NCBI GenBank assembly: GCA_963836185.1 | Contig: CAWIIQ010000001.1 | Coordinates: 1,056,001-1,120,000 of the forward strand | Direction of reading: 5' to 3' | Length of the DNA: 64,000 bases | From: Candidatus Krumholzibacteriia bacterium | GTDB lineage: Bacteria > Krumholzibacteriota > Krumholzibacteriia > Krumholzibacteriales > Krumholzibacteriaceae | Part shown: positions 1 through 10,358 of the stretch, one piece after another | How positions within the stretch are numbered: the first letter of the stretch is position 1 | How the letters are laid out: every line of letters starts with the position of its first letter | Notes under the pieces: model-generated | The model's database searches: none | What the model was told of the DNA's origin: nothing | What the model saw: the letters and a program-made list of their open reading frames with translations, nothing else | Position numbers and translations under genes: made by a program

Positions 1-984
1 GCGGGACTCTTCTCCGGATTCGTCTACTCGAGGCTGGGCAGGGGAGGAGAGGTCTGGAGTTATTCACTAAACCCTTTCCTCGCCATCTACAATTTCCTCG
101 AAAGGCTCTTCCACGGATCTCTCGACAGGAACTTCATACCGCTGGTGCTCTGCATCGGATTCGCGCTGCTGCGGTACGCGCTTCTCGACCGGTACATGAC
201 GGCCGGTCTGATATACGGATATCCGATGAGAGACTGGCTCTTTATCACGATAGACCTCGCAGTGCTCGTCTACACCGTAGGGCTGGCGCTGAAGCTCGCC
301 GCCAATACCCGGGACGGGCTGATCCATCGCGAAGAGGAGAAACAGCTCGTGCACGCGAGGCTGACCACGCTCAGAAGCCAGATAAATCCGCATTTTCTCT
401 TCAATACGCTTAATTCGATAACATCGCTGATCAGGACAGACGCTGAACGGGCAAGGGAGATGACCAGGCGTCTCTCGTCAATATTCAGAAAATCTCTCGA
501 CGACACCGGGGACCTCCATTCCCTGGCCAGTGAGATCGATTTTCTGGACGATTATCTCTCGATAGAAAAGGTACGCTTCGGGGACGAGAGGTTCGAGGTC
601 GTAAAAGAGCTCGATGAAACGACACTCAGCATACTGGTGCCGTCCCTTTTACTTCAGCCGCTTGTCGAGAACGCCGTCAAGCACGGTATCGCCTGCAGGA
701 CCGAAGGCGGCAGGGTGCGGATCAGTTCCGCCGCGGTAGATGGAGGCACGGAGATAACGATAGAAAACGACGGCCCCGAGACGGGACCGCTGGATAAGGA
801 CGCGCTCTTTGTAAAAGGAGTGGGCCTGCGGAACGTCGCGGAGAGGCTCGAAATATACTCATGCGGGGAGGGGAGGATGAAGATCGATTCGCGGCCCGGT
901 GGGGGAGCGATAGTCCGGCTGTTCATCCCCGAGTCCGCCGGAAGGGGGAAGGAAGTTGCCGGTACGTGCGCTGATCGTAGATGA
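1..984 (+). CDS. LytS/YehU-family sensor histidine kinase (5' end outside window)
   Basis: QINPHFLFNTLN H-box, LQPLVENAVKHG N-box, GVGLRNV G-box. Confidence 0.9.
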   Translation, partial: AGLFSGFVYSRLGRGGEVWSYSLNPFLAIYNFLERLFHGSLDRNFIPLVLCIGFALLRYALLDRYMTAGLIYGYPMRDWLFITIDLAVLVYTVGLALKLAANTRDGLIHREEEKQLVHARLTTLRSQINPHFLFNTLNSITSLIRTDAERAREMTRRLSSIFRKSLDDTGDLHSLASEIDFLDDYLSIEKVRFGDERFEVVKELDETTLSILVPSLLLQPLVENAVKHGIACRTEGGRVRISSAAVDGGTEITIENDGPETGPLDKDALFVKGVGLRNVAERLEIYSCGEGRMKIDSRPGGGAIVRLFIPESAGRGKEVAGTCADRR

Positions 985-1726
985 TGAGAAGCTGGCCCGT
1001 GACGAGATGAGATACCTGCTCGAGCAGTTCGGCGACATCGAGGTCGCTGGAGAGGCCGCCGGCGGGGAAGAAGCTGTCGCGATGTCAGCCGACCTGGATC
1101 CTGACATCATATTCCTCGATATACAGATGCCTGTCCTCGACGGATTCGGTGTCGTCAGGAAACTGGTCGACTCGGGGAACGTCCCGCTCATCATCTTCAC
1201 TACCGCGTACGACCAGTACGCGATCAAGGCTTTCGAGATCAACGCCGTCGACTACCTGCTCAAGCCGGTCGAGAAGGACCGTCTTGCGGGGGCTGTCGAA
1301 AGGGCCATGGCGATCATGCCTTCACGCGGCGAGTATGTCAAAAGACTCAAAAAACTCACCGAAAGTATTCATGTAGGACGGAAATTTCTGCCCAGGATCG
1401 TCGTGAAGAACGAAGGCGGGATGGACCTCGTCGATACGAGCCGTGTGGCGATGCTGGAGAAGCGGGGTGCCGAGGTGATCGCTCATACCGACGACGGTGA
1501 TTTCATCACGAACTATACCGACCTCGACGAGCTCGAGGTCCAGCTCGATCCTGCCGTATTCCTGCGGCTGGGCTCTGATGGTATCGTCAACGTCGGCAAG
1601 ATCGACAAGATAGTGCCGTGGTCGGGCGGCAACTATGTTATGACTCTCGGTGACAGCTCCTCGACAGAGATAAAGCTGACGAGGACGCAGGCACAGATTC
1701 TCAAGAATAAGGCAGAACCCGGCTAG
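956..1726 (+). CDS. LytTR-family response regulator
   Basis: REC domain (IVDDE, FLDIQMP, TAYDQYA, DYLLKP) plus C-terminal LytTR-like region; overlaps kinase. Confidence 0.9.
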   Translation: MPVRALIVDDEKLARDEMRYLLEQFGDIEVAGEAAGGEEAVAMSADLDPDIIFLDIQMPVLDGFGVVRKLVDSGNVPLIIFTTAYDQYAIKAFEINAVDYLLKPVEKDRLAGAVERAMAIMPSRGEYVKRLKKLTESIHVGRKFLPRIVVKNEGGMDLVDTSRVAMLEKRGAEVIAHTDDGDFITNYTDLDELEVQLDPAVFLRLGSDGIVNVGKIDKIVPWSGGNYVMTLGDSSSTEIKLTRTQAQILKNKAEPG

Positions 1727-1740
1727 AGGGAGGTCCGATC

Positions 1741-3111
1741 TTGTCATCCGGTTACGATGTCGTCGTGCTCGGTGGAGGCCCGGCCGGCTATCCGGCCGCG
1801 ATAAGAGCATCGCAGCTCGGCGCGAAGGTCTGTCTGATCGAAGAGGACAGGCTAGGCGGCGTATGCCTCAACAGGGGCTGTATCCCGACCAAGACTCTTC
1901 ACGGGGCGGCGCACCTGATCGAACTTGCCGCGACGGGACAGGAGTCGGGCGTTTCAGGGACGCTGACGGCGGATCCCGCGGCTCTTCTCGATCACAAGAA
2001 CGATGTCGTCGACAGTCTCGTCGGCGGTGTCGGTAAGATCCTCAAGGGGCACAAAGTCGATGTCGTAAAGGGACGGGGCCGTCTCATCTCACCTGAAAAG
2101 ATCGATGTCGAAGGTCACGGCACCATAGAGGGGAACTCCCTGATCATCGCGACCGGATCGTCGGAGATCGAACTTCCCGGGATGGAGTTCGACGGCACGA
2201 CCGTGCTGAGTTCTACCGACCTGCTCGATATAGGGAGGGTGCCCGAGAGCATGATAGTCGTCGGCGGCGGGGTGATCGGGTGCGAGTTCGCGTCGATCTT
2301 CAGCGCGTTCGGCACAAAGGTCACGATAGTAGAGATGCTCCCCTCGCTGATAGCGACAGAGGATATTCATGTGATCAGGTTCCTGCAGACCTATCTGAAA
2401 AAAAAGGGGATCACACTTCACCTGGGAACTAAAGTCTCATCTCTGAAAAAAGGCGACGGGCAGGTGACCGCCCTTCTCGAAGGCGGTACGGAGATCACTG
2501 CCGAGATCGCGCTCGTCTCGGTGGGAAGAAGGCCAAATACGTCGGGTATCGGCCTTGAGGAGGCTGGAGTCGAGTCGTCAGCATCCGGCATCACTGTCGA
2601 TGCCTCGATGAGGACGAATGTCGATGGTATCTTTGCCGCCGGAGACGTCATCGGAGGATGGCTCCTCGCCCACGTGGCGACGCGCGAGGGTGTCGTCGCC
2701 TCTGCAAATGCGCTCGGCCGGGGCGGTGAGGTCGACTACGGCGCCGTGCCGACCACGATATATACCCTTCCGGAGGTCTCTCGCGTCGGGCTTACTGAGC
2801 AGGAGGTAAAGGAGAAGGGGATCGAGTTTGTCACCGGAAGGTTCCCGTTCGCGGCGAACGGAAAGGCAAAAGGGCTTCGCGAGGAGGAGGGATTCGTCAA
2901 ATGGATCGCCTCGAAGGAGGACGGAAAGCTGCTCGGGCTCCATATTCTAGGGCCGCAGGCGACCGAGCTTCTCGCGGCAGGGATCGTGGCCCTCGGCAGG
3001 AAACTCACCGCGCATGAATTCGCCGATTCGATATTTCCACATCCGACGCTCTCCGAGGCGCTCGCCGAGGCGGCCGAGGCGATCGATGGAAAAGCGATAC
3101 ATATACTCTGA
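1741..3111 (+). CDS. lpdA: Dihydrolipoamide dehydrogenase
   Basis: GGGPAG, GGVCLNRGCIPTK redox disulfide, HPTLSE. Confidence 0.93.
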   Translation: MSSGYDVVVLGGGPAGYPAAIRASQLGAKVCLIEEDRLGGVCLNRGCIPTKTLHGAAHLIELAATGQESGVSGTLTADPAALLDHKNDVVDSLVGGVGKILKGHKVDVVKGRGRLISPEKIDVEGHGTIEGNSLIIATGSSEIELPGMEFDGTTVLSSTDLLDIGRVPESMIVVGGGVIGCEFASIFSAFGTKVTIVEMLPSLIATEDIHVIRFLQTYLKKKGITLHLGTKVSSLKKGDGQVTALLEGGTEITAEIALVSVGRRPNTSGIGLEEAGVESSASGITVDASMRTNVDGIFAAGDVIGGWLLAHVATREGVVASANALGRGGEVDYGAVPTTIYTLPEVSRVGLTEQEVKEKGIEFVTGRFPFAANGKAKGLREEEGFVKWIASKEDGKLLGLHILGPQATELLAAGIVALGRKLTAHEFADSIFPHPTLSEALAEAAEAIDGKAIHIL

Positions 3112-3169
3112 TATCATCCTGTTAGAAGTTTGCGGAAAAGACTCACAGATTTCCCGGAGGTATGGCCGA

Positions 3170-5788
3170 ATGATCCGATCGATGAATGTGGCGCGGTGTC
3201 GCCGCAACACTGGAATCATACTTCTTCTGATCGTCATGGCGGCGGTGGGCTGCGCCGGCGCGGCGAAGAGTTCACGGGCCCTTCCTGAGACGGTGAAGGG
3301 ACCGGGCGGTGCTGGGATAGTGCTCGATCGCTATCCCGGGTCCGGGTCTGTGCTCGTCGCGGTTGCTGTAAGGGCGGGCTCCGCCTGGGAAACCCCCGAT
3401 ACACGCGGCGTGACGCACCTGCTCGAGCATCTTCTCTTTGACGGATCGGAGAGATTCACGCGCGAGGAGATAAGTGGATGGGTCGATGACAACGGCGCCT
3501 TCCTTAACGCTTTTACGAGAAAGGAAGTGACCGTTTATTTCCTTCTCGTCCGGGCCGACCTGCTCGAGGAAGCGATAGAGATACTCTCCCAGATGCTCCT
3601 TCACCCCGTATTCTCGCCGGCCGAGCTGGAGAAGGAGCGCAAGGTCGTACTCGAGGAGATGAGCCAGGGGCTGGACGATCCGCGAGAGAAAGCCTCGAGG
3701 GCCGCGGATAGGTTTCTCTACCGCGGCTCATCACTCACAGAACCGGTCATCGGGTATCCGTCGACGATCGAGAGCGTCTCAAGAGACAGGATAATAGAAT
3801 ACTACAGGTCCCGGTACACACCGGGGAATATGAGGATATTCGTGACGGGTGATTTCGACCGGGGAAGGACTCTCGGCTGGATCGAGGACTATTTTACTGT
3901 TTCAGGGGGAGTTCCCGCAGAGGGAGCCCCGGCTGATAAACCACTGCTGATGCCTCGATGGAGCGGAGAGATGACCACTCGCGTGATAGCTGATTCAGGG
4001 AACAGGACAGACCTGCTCGTACGGATGCCTTCGGCCGGGGAAAAACTTTTCCCCGCGGCGCTGCTTCTCGCGGAGATCCTCTCCTCGCCTTCGTCCCCGC
4101 TTGCGGAGGCAGCGAGGATATCGGGCCTCGAGGAACCTTCGGTCGGCATCGAGGTACACGAGGAGTTTTCGGCGCTGAGGATAAGCCTGGAAGGAAAGTC
4201 CGTCGGCCTGGACGATTCCGGTAAGCTTCTCGATGCGGTCACTTCGCTTGCGGGATGGAGCCCCGATGAGGAGCAGCTCGAGAGAGCGAAGATTTCGTTT
4301 GTTTCCTCTGATATGTTCGACCGTGAGAGGTACCATTTCTACGTGATGCTCAACGGCGAGGCGATGGCCGTTGCCGGGGCCGGTTGGGCGGAGGCAGTAG
4401 CAGCGGTAGAGAAGGTCAAGCCGGGACAGATCTCGAAGCTGGCAGATCAGTATATGGGAAACCCTGAGTTCAACGGTTTCTTCGCGACGCCGCACGCGCC
4501 CGAAGTCAGGATGGAGAGGGGGGAAGCGGTCTTCGAGCTTCTTCCGATGAAGATGACCGCTGGGGTCAGGCGGCGGGTAGATACGCCGGTGGAAGCCCTC
4601 TGTCTTCTCTTTCCCGGCAGGTCATGCGCGGGGCAGATGGCGAGCGACGCGGTCTCGGCCCTCTTCATCCTGATGGAAAACTCAACGGGAGGACGAAGGC
4701 TGAAAGAGGATCTCGCGTCGATAGGGGCGAGGGTCCAGATGAGCGATAATCCTTACATCCCCATGGACGATTACCTGATCAATCCGGCCTGGGCTTTCAT
4801 CAGGCTGGAGGCGCCGGCGGGCAGGATGCCTGAGGCGGCCCGCCTGCTCAGGAGCTTCCTTTCTGAAAACGAGGTCTCCCAGGCCGAACTTGACGCGGCA
4901 GCGCCTTTCGTCGCGCGAGAAGCCGGGATCAGGTCGGGGCAATCTTCGGCTGCGCTGAAAAAGGCCGTTTACAAGAGACTTTTCCCCGGCCACAGTTTCG
5001 GCGAAGGGCTCTACCGTTCGCCGGGAAGGTGGGCTGCGCCCGATTCTGCCGACATACTTCGTACTCGCCTCGAAATCTTCCAGTTCAGAGGGTCCGCGGT
5101 GACGCTTGTGACGGGGATGGAAGAGAACGCCGGGATGGACCTCCTTCGGGACACCTTCGGGGATGCCTATATATCGGACAGGATCCCCTGCCGGAGAAAG
5201 GCGGATGATTACATCCCCGGGACAGCCGACGGACTGTCTCCCGGAAGCGGCGCCCAGCTCGCGGCCGCCTGGCGTATAGACGGCCTTCATGGCGGGGAGA
5301 TAGCAGCGCTTGCCGTAGCTTCCGAGGTGCTGAGCATGCGTATGCAGCTCGATATCAGGGAGACGAGAGGGCTGGCTTACTCGACAGGGTGCTCGATGAC
5401 CCAGGTGGCCGGTCACGCGGTCGTCATCGCCGGGCTGGGAACGAGGGGAGAAAACGCCGGGAAGGCTGAAACTGCCCTTAAAGAAGCTATTGAGGCGTTT
5501 GCGGTCGATCCTCCGACGCGCGCAGAGGCCGTCGCGGCAAAAAGCCGCCTCGTGTCACGGCTGTCGCGCAGGGAACTGTCCTGTGCAGGCGAAGCTCTCG
5601 GAATCGCCCTGGATCACCTTTACAGGGGCGGTATAGACGGCCTGGAGCTCATCGCCGCCGCGTCGCCGGAGGAAGTAGTCGAAATGGCTGGCCGGCTGAT
5701 ATGGGACTCGGCCCTCTTTGTGCGCCTTCTGCCAGGTGAAAACGCACCAGAAAAAAAATCGATGCCGCCGGGTATGATGCGACGATAA
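3170..5788 (+). CDS. M16-family (pitrilysin-like) zinc peptidase, exported
   Basis: HLLEH inverted zinc motif, NAFT, RETRGLAY; signal-like N-terminus; start approximate. Confidence 0.88.
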   Translation: MIRSMNVARCRRNTGIILLLIVMAAVGCAGAAKSSRALPETVKGPGGAGIVLDRYPGSGSVLVAVAVRAGSAWETPDTRGVTHLLEHLLFDGSERFTREEISGWVDDNGAFLNAFTRKEVTVYFLLVRADLLEEAIEILSQMLLHPVFSPAELEKERKVVLEEMSQGLDDPREKASRAADRFLYRGSSLTEPVIGYPSTIESVSRDRIIEYYRSRYTPGNMRIFVTGDFDRGRTLGWIEDYFTVSGGVPAEGAPADKPLLMPRWSGEMTTRVIADSGNRTDLLVRMPSAGEKLFPAALLLAEILSSPSSPLAEAARISGLEEPSVGIEVHEEFSALRISLEGKSVGLDDSGKLLDAVTSLAGWSPDEEQLERAKISFVSSDMFDRERYHFYVMLNGEAMAVAGAGWAEAVAAVEKVKPGQISKLADQYMGNPEFNGFFATPHAPEVRMERGEAVFELLPMKMTAGVRRRVDTPVEALCLLFPGRSCAGQMASDAVSALFILMENSTGGRRLKEDLASIGARVQMSDNPYIPMDDYLINPAWAFIRLEAPAGRMPEAARLLRSFLSENEVSQAELDAAAPFVAREAGIRSGQSSAALKKAVYKRLFPGHSFGEGLYRSPGRWAAPDSADILRTRLEIFQFRGSAVTLVTGMEENAGMDLLRDTFGDAYISDRIPCRRKADDYIPGTADGLSPGSGAQLAAAWRIDGLHGGEIAALAVASEVLSMRMQLDIRETRGLAYSTGCSMTQVAGHAVVIAGLGTRGENAGKAETALKEAIEAFAVDPPTRAEAVAAKSRLVSRLSRRELSCAGEALGIALDHLYRGGIDGLELIAAASPEEVVEMAGRLIWDSALFVRLLPGENAPEKKSMPPGMMRR

Positions 5789-5795
5789 TCATTGA

Positions 5796-6038
<243 letters not shown>

Positions 6039-6070
6039 TTGACAAGGCCTGTCACCTCAAAAAGGTGAAG

Positions 6071-7123
6071 ATGTCAAAGAAGTACCGTTTAACGGCCATG
6101 GCTTCCTGTTCGGGCTGAGCTTCCAAGCTCAGCCCGACGGAGTTGTGGCCAGTTCTTCATAAGCTCCCTCCCCAGAACCATCCCGACCTGATCGTCGGAA
6201 CGAGCCAGGCGGATGACAGCGGGGTAGTGCGCGTCAGCGACGATAAGGCGATCATACTCACGGTAGATTTCTTCCCGGCTATAGTCGACGATCCGTACTT
6301 TTTCGGGCAGGTCGCCGCGGCGAACGCGATGAGCGATGTCTACGCGATGGGAGGCGAGGTGCTCTCAGCGCTGAACATCATCGGATTCCCCGAGGGTATG
6401 CTAGAGATAGAGGCACTTGAGCTTCTCATGAAGGGTGGCGCCGACAAGGTAAACGAAGCGGGCGGGGTAATAGTCGGCGGCCACACGTTGAAAGATACCG
6501 AGCTGAAGTACGGCCTGTCAGTGGTGGGGACGATCCATCCCGATGATATCGTGCTGACAGCAGGTGCCAGGCCAGGTGACGCTCTTGTCCTTACCAAGCC
6601 GCTCGGCACAGGGATCTACTCAACGGCTCTGAAAAAAGGTGCCCTGGGACAAGAGCAGGAGGCCCTCTTTATCGGCCAGATGACAGCCCTCAACGGACCG
6701 GCGGCAAAGGCGATGGTAGCGGCGAAAGCGCACGCCTGTACCGATGTCACCGGGTTCGGTCTGATCGGCCACGCCCTCGAGATGGCTGTCGGCTCCGACG
6801 TCACCCTGGCGATAGATATGGGTGCCGTTCCACTTCTGCCCGAATCCCTTCATCTAGCCTCGCACGGCGTCCTCACGGGGGGTGGTGCGTCGAATATCGA
6901 GTTCGCGAGCATATCTGTCGAGTTCGAGGGCAAGGTGTCGAGGGAGGAGAAGATGGTCCTTCACGATCCGCAGACTTCCGGCGGCCTGCTCATCGCCATA
7001 CAGGCGGATAAGGCTGATGACCTGGCCGGTGTCGTGAGGGATTCAGGCGCCGGTTACGCCGCCGTCATCGGAGAGGTTCTTCCCCAGGCTCCCGGCAGAA
7101 AGCCGATGATCGTCAGGGCCTGA
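6071..7123 (+). CDS. selD: Selenide, water dikinase; selenoprotein with in-frame UGA at 6116-6118
   Basis: MSKKYRLTAMASCSG-UGA-ASKL in frame with DDSGV, TVDFF, DVTGFGL, DPQTSGGLL; UGA at the catalytic Cys/Sec position. Confidence 0.93.
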
Positions 7124-7131
7124 GCCTCGAT

Positions 7132-7695
7132 CTACCCTTTCCGCCTCTGCTTCGCTTCTTCCAGGCTGAAAAGGCATCCACAGTAGTCCTGTCTGGTGAG
7201 CCCGTACTCACGGCTCTTTACGCAGCTTTCCTGGAAGCCGCCTTTTTTCTTGAAGTCTTCCCCGAGAAAGGTCACGCCGTGCTTTTCCCCGCATGCTGTG
7301 CCTTCCTCGACGATCCAGCGATGGATCTTGTGCGGACTGACCGACAGGGTGGAAGTGAAAAGGCCGAATCCCTTCTCCGCTCCTTTCCTCGCCGTTTCCT
7401 CGAGCCTGAACCGGTAACAGGCCCGGCAGCGCTCGCTCTTCTCGGGAAGGTGGGCATATGGCGCCGTCGCTGAGGCCCATCCATCGAAGCCGCCCCTCCC
7501 TTCGATGAGATCTATCCCGAGTCGTTCGCAGACGGTCCTCATCTCACCCAGCCTCAGTGTGTGCTCGGCCTCAGGCTGGATGTTGGGATTGTAGTAGTAT
7601 GCGGTCACATCGTACCTCTCGCGGAGGTACTCGAGGACGTAGCTCGAGCAGGATGCGCAGCATGCGTGTACGAGGATGCGTTCAGATGATTTCAT
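7132..7695 (-). CDS. queH: Epoxyqueuosine reductase QueH
   Basis: HACCASC, YNPNIQP, RCRACY, QDYCGC. Confidence 0.9.
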   Translation of the reverse strand: MKSSERILVHACCASCSSYVLEYLRERYDVTAYYYNPNIQPEAEHTLRLGEMRTVCERLGIDLIEGRGGFDGWASATAPYAHLPEKSERCRACYRFRLEETARKGAEKGFGLFTSTLSVSPHKIHRWIVEEGTACGEKHGVTFLGEDFKKKGGFQESCVKSREYGLTRQDYCGCLFSLEEAKQRRKG

Positions 7696-7698
7696 CGC

Positions 7699-9066
7699 TC
7701 AGTGAGGAAGAGGGGAACCGCCGCTGCCGCCAGGCCTGCCGGGCGCCTCCGCGGCGAGCCCGGTGCCCTCGGCGAAGTAGTCGCCCCTGGGATCGCGGAC
7801 AGGCACAGCCCTCATCGTGGCTACGAGTGAATCGCGTCTGGCCGTGAAGGCAGCCATCTTCTCGCTGCTGACCGGCTTCGCCGGAGGAAGCTTCAGGTTT
7901 CGCGGATTGACGAACCTGCCGTTCTTCTTGACGCGGTAGTCGAGGTGCGGGCCGGTCGCGTAACCGGTAGCGCCTACGTATCCGATCGTCTGGCCCTGCT
8001 TGACCTTTACTCCCGACTTGATCCCCTTGCCGAACTTGCTCAGGTGGAGATAGTAGCTGATATAGCTGTTGTTGTGCCTGATTTTTACGTAGTTTCCGTT
8101 CGCCCTGGTCCTTGAAGCCGTCATCACGGTGCCGTCGCCTGTAGACTGGACCGGAGTCCCGGTCGGCGCGGCGTAATCTATGCCGAGATGAGGCGCGTAT
8201 GAATGAAGTACGGGGTGGAAACGCCTCTTGTTGAATCCCGAGCTGATCCGGCTGTACTTGAGCGGCGCCCTGAGGAGCTGCTTGCGGAGCGACTTTCCAT
8301 CGTAGTCGAAATAATCATCGTATTCATCGTTGTTATTGAATAAGAAACAGTAACGGCTCTCACCGCTCGTGTTGAACTCGGCGGCGATGATATCGCCTAT
8401 GCCGGTCCTCTCCTCGTGGTCCGGTCCATCGAGCATCCTGCGTTCCTCGTAGATCACCCTGAAGTAGTCGTTCTTCCTTATCTCGGTGAAAAAATCGATG
8501 TCCCACGCATAGATCTCTACGAGCATCGCCCCGAGAGCCTGAGGCAACTCCTGCTCTATGATCGAAGCGAAGAGGGACTGGGTGATCAGGCCCGAGGCCT
8601 CCCTGACCGTGATCTCGTAGGGGTACTCTATCCGTTCGACATTTATCCCCTCGTGGGAGCAGGCGATCTCGACATAAGCGGTCTCATCGGTCGTCGAGAG
8701 GCGGATCTTCTCGATCGAGCCGTCATCGCCGTTGAATATCTCATATTTCTGTCCGGGCTGGATCCTGCCGAGGTCGTATACTTCCTTTGCCTCCCGGACG
8801 ATGTCGTGCACCTGCTGATGTGTGGCGCCGCAGGCGGTCATTACGTCGGAGAAACTTGAATTCTTTCTGATCTCTCCGGAGTGGTCAGGTTCGGCAACGG
8901 GGGGAGGCGCGGGGAGGCTCAGGCCGGCAGGGGCCTCAGCTACCATGGATGCGGGGGCTGTCTCAGGATCCGCCATGGGCGCTTCCCTGTAGGAAGCTGT
9001 TATGAGGACAGCCGATACGACCGCGGTTATTATCACGAATATCGTTATTTTCTTATCTCTACTCAT
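7699..9066 (-). CDS. M23-family peptidoglycan DD-endopeptidase (MepM-like)
   Basis: HLGIDYAAP, YLHL, TGPHLDY motifs; N-terminal TM. Confidence 0.9.
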   Translation of the reverse strand: MSRDKKITIFVIITAVVSAVLITASYREAPMADPETAPASMVAEAPAGLSLPAPPPVAEPDHSGEIRKNSSFSDVMTACGATHQQVHDIVREAKEVYDLGRIQPGQKYEIFNGDDGSIEKIRLSTTDETAYVEIACSHEGINVERIEYPYEITVREASGLITQSLFASIIEQELPQALGAMLVEIYAWDIDFFTEIRKNDYFRVIYEERRMLDGPDHEERTGIGDIIAAEFNTSGESRYCFLFNNNDEYDDYFDYDGKSLRKQLLRAPLKYSRISSGFNKRRFHPVLHSYAPHLGIDYAAPTGTPVQSTGDGTVMTASRTRANGNYVKIRHNNSYISYYLHLSKFGKGIKSGVKVKQGQTIGYVGATGYATGPHLDYRVKKNGRFVNPRNLKLPPAKPVSSEKMAAFTARRDSLVATMRAVPVRDPRGDYFAEGTGLAAEAPGRPGGSGGSPLPH

Positions 9067-9232
9067 CTACCTGCCCGTCTGTTTCGCAGTAAAATATCGC
9101 CATACCTGCCGATGCGTCAAGTAAAAGTGCGTTTTTTTTAATCGATTGCAAGATACGGACCGCTTGAACGCCGGAGCCGCAGCCTTTATCATACCGGTGG
9201 ATAACAGGAGACGCAGAGAGGACCACCGCATC

Positions 9233-10180
9233 ATGGAGCAGGACGATCGACCCGACCTTGGCAGTGAGCTCAAAAGGCTCAAGGAACGAGCCAGAGGGGT
9301 TTTCGGCGGGCAAAAGGCGCCTGAATCCGGGGCGCCGCCAGTGCCCGAGGCTCCGAAGGCCGATGAAGGATCGCCCGCCGGCCGGCCTGCAAAGCCCCAG
9401 GTGCCCGTTCTCGCTGATATTCCTGTGACCGATGACCAGATCTTTATCGAGCCGCCCGGGGGGCTGATCGAGGATATCGTCCCTGGAGAAGCCATCGAGA
9501 CCGGGGCGGGGATCCTCTGGAGGGTGAGGGAGAGAGCGGGAAACATCTGGGAAAGGGGAGCGGCGGCGCACGCTGAGTACATCGCTGCGATCGCTTCGTC
9601 TCCGGTGAAGATGCCCCCAACGTGCCGGTCCTTCGAGGCGCTTGTCAAGGCGCCGGCGGGATCGGTCGCATACCTTGACCTCGAGACGACCGGCCTGCGG
9701 AATACACCTCTCTTCCTGATCGGGCTGATGTACAGCGAGGGCGAAGAATTGATCCTCGACCAGCTCTTCGCGAGGGACTATACCGAGGAACGGGCCGTTC
9801 TCTCTTTCGTATCACAGCTGCTCGATTCGCGCGAGGTCCTCGTTACCTTCAACGGGAATACATTCGACGTCCCCTTTCTCGCTGACAGGATGACCTTTCA
9901 CGACCTGCCGATGGTCATGCCCCGGTCGCATGTCGACCTGCTTCCGGTCTCGCGGTCGCTGATGAAGGGGCGAACGCCTGACAACAGGCTCCAGACCCTG
10001 GAGAGGTTCGTACTCGGAAGGAAGAGGACCGGGGACATCCCCGGGAGCGAGATCCCTGGAGCATACCACGAATTCGTCCGCACAAAGAACGCGAGGCAGA
10101 TGGCCGCCGTTATCCACCACAACAGGCTCGATCTTCTTTCGATGATGGAGCTGATCACAGTTTATCTGACGCATATTTAA
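9233..10180 (+). CDS. YprB/MrfB-like RNase H-fold exonuclease
   Basis: YLDLETTGL, VTFNGNTFDVP, HVDLL, HNRLDL. Confidence 0.8.
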   Translation: MEQDDRPDLGSELKRLKERARGVFGGQKAPESGAPPVPEAPKADEGSPAGRPAKPQVPVLADIPVTDDQIFIEPPGGLIEDIVPGEAIETGAGILWRVRERAGNIWERGAAAHAEYIAAIASSPVKMPPTCRSFEALVKAPAGSVAYLDLETTGLRNTPLFLIGLMYSEGEELILDQLFARDYTEERAVLSFVSQLLDSREVLVTFNGNTFDVPFLADRMTFHDLPMVMPRSHVDLLPVSRSLMKGRTPDNRLQTLERFVLGRKRTGDIPGSEIPGAYHEFVRTKNARQMAAVIHHNRLDLLSMMELITVYLTHI

Positions 10181-10358
10181 AAGTCCCCGTGAGACTCCAC
10201 GCATGCAACAGCCTCACTGGCCGGGAACATTGTTACTAATGATTGCAACAACCTCCATACAGAAGTAATATAAAGATTCCGGTCCCTGAACTGACTGAGC
10301 GGCAATCTTCACCGCAGCGGCTGGGACCGGTGATGCCGGGGCAAAGGAAAGGATCGTC

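Noticed and set aside
3014-3169. N-terminal extension of the M16 peptidase
   Set aside because: Overlaps lpdA and precedes the signal peptide; an ORF-caller extension.
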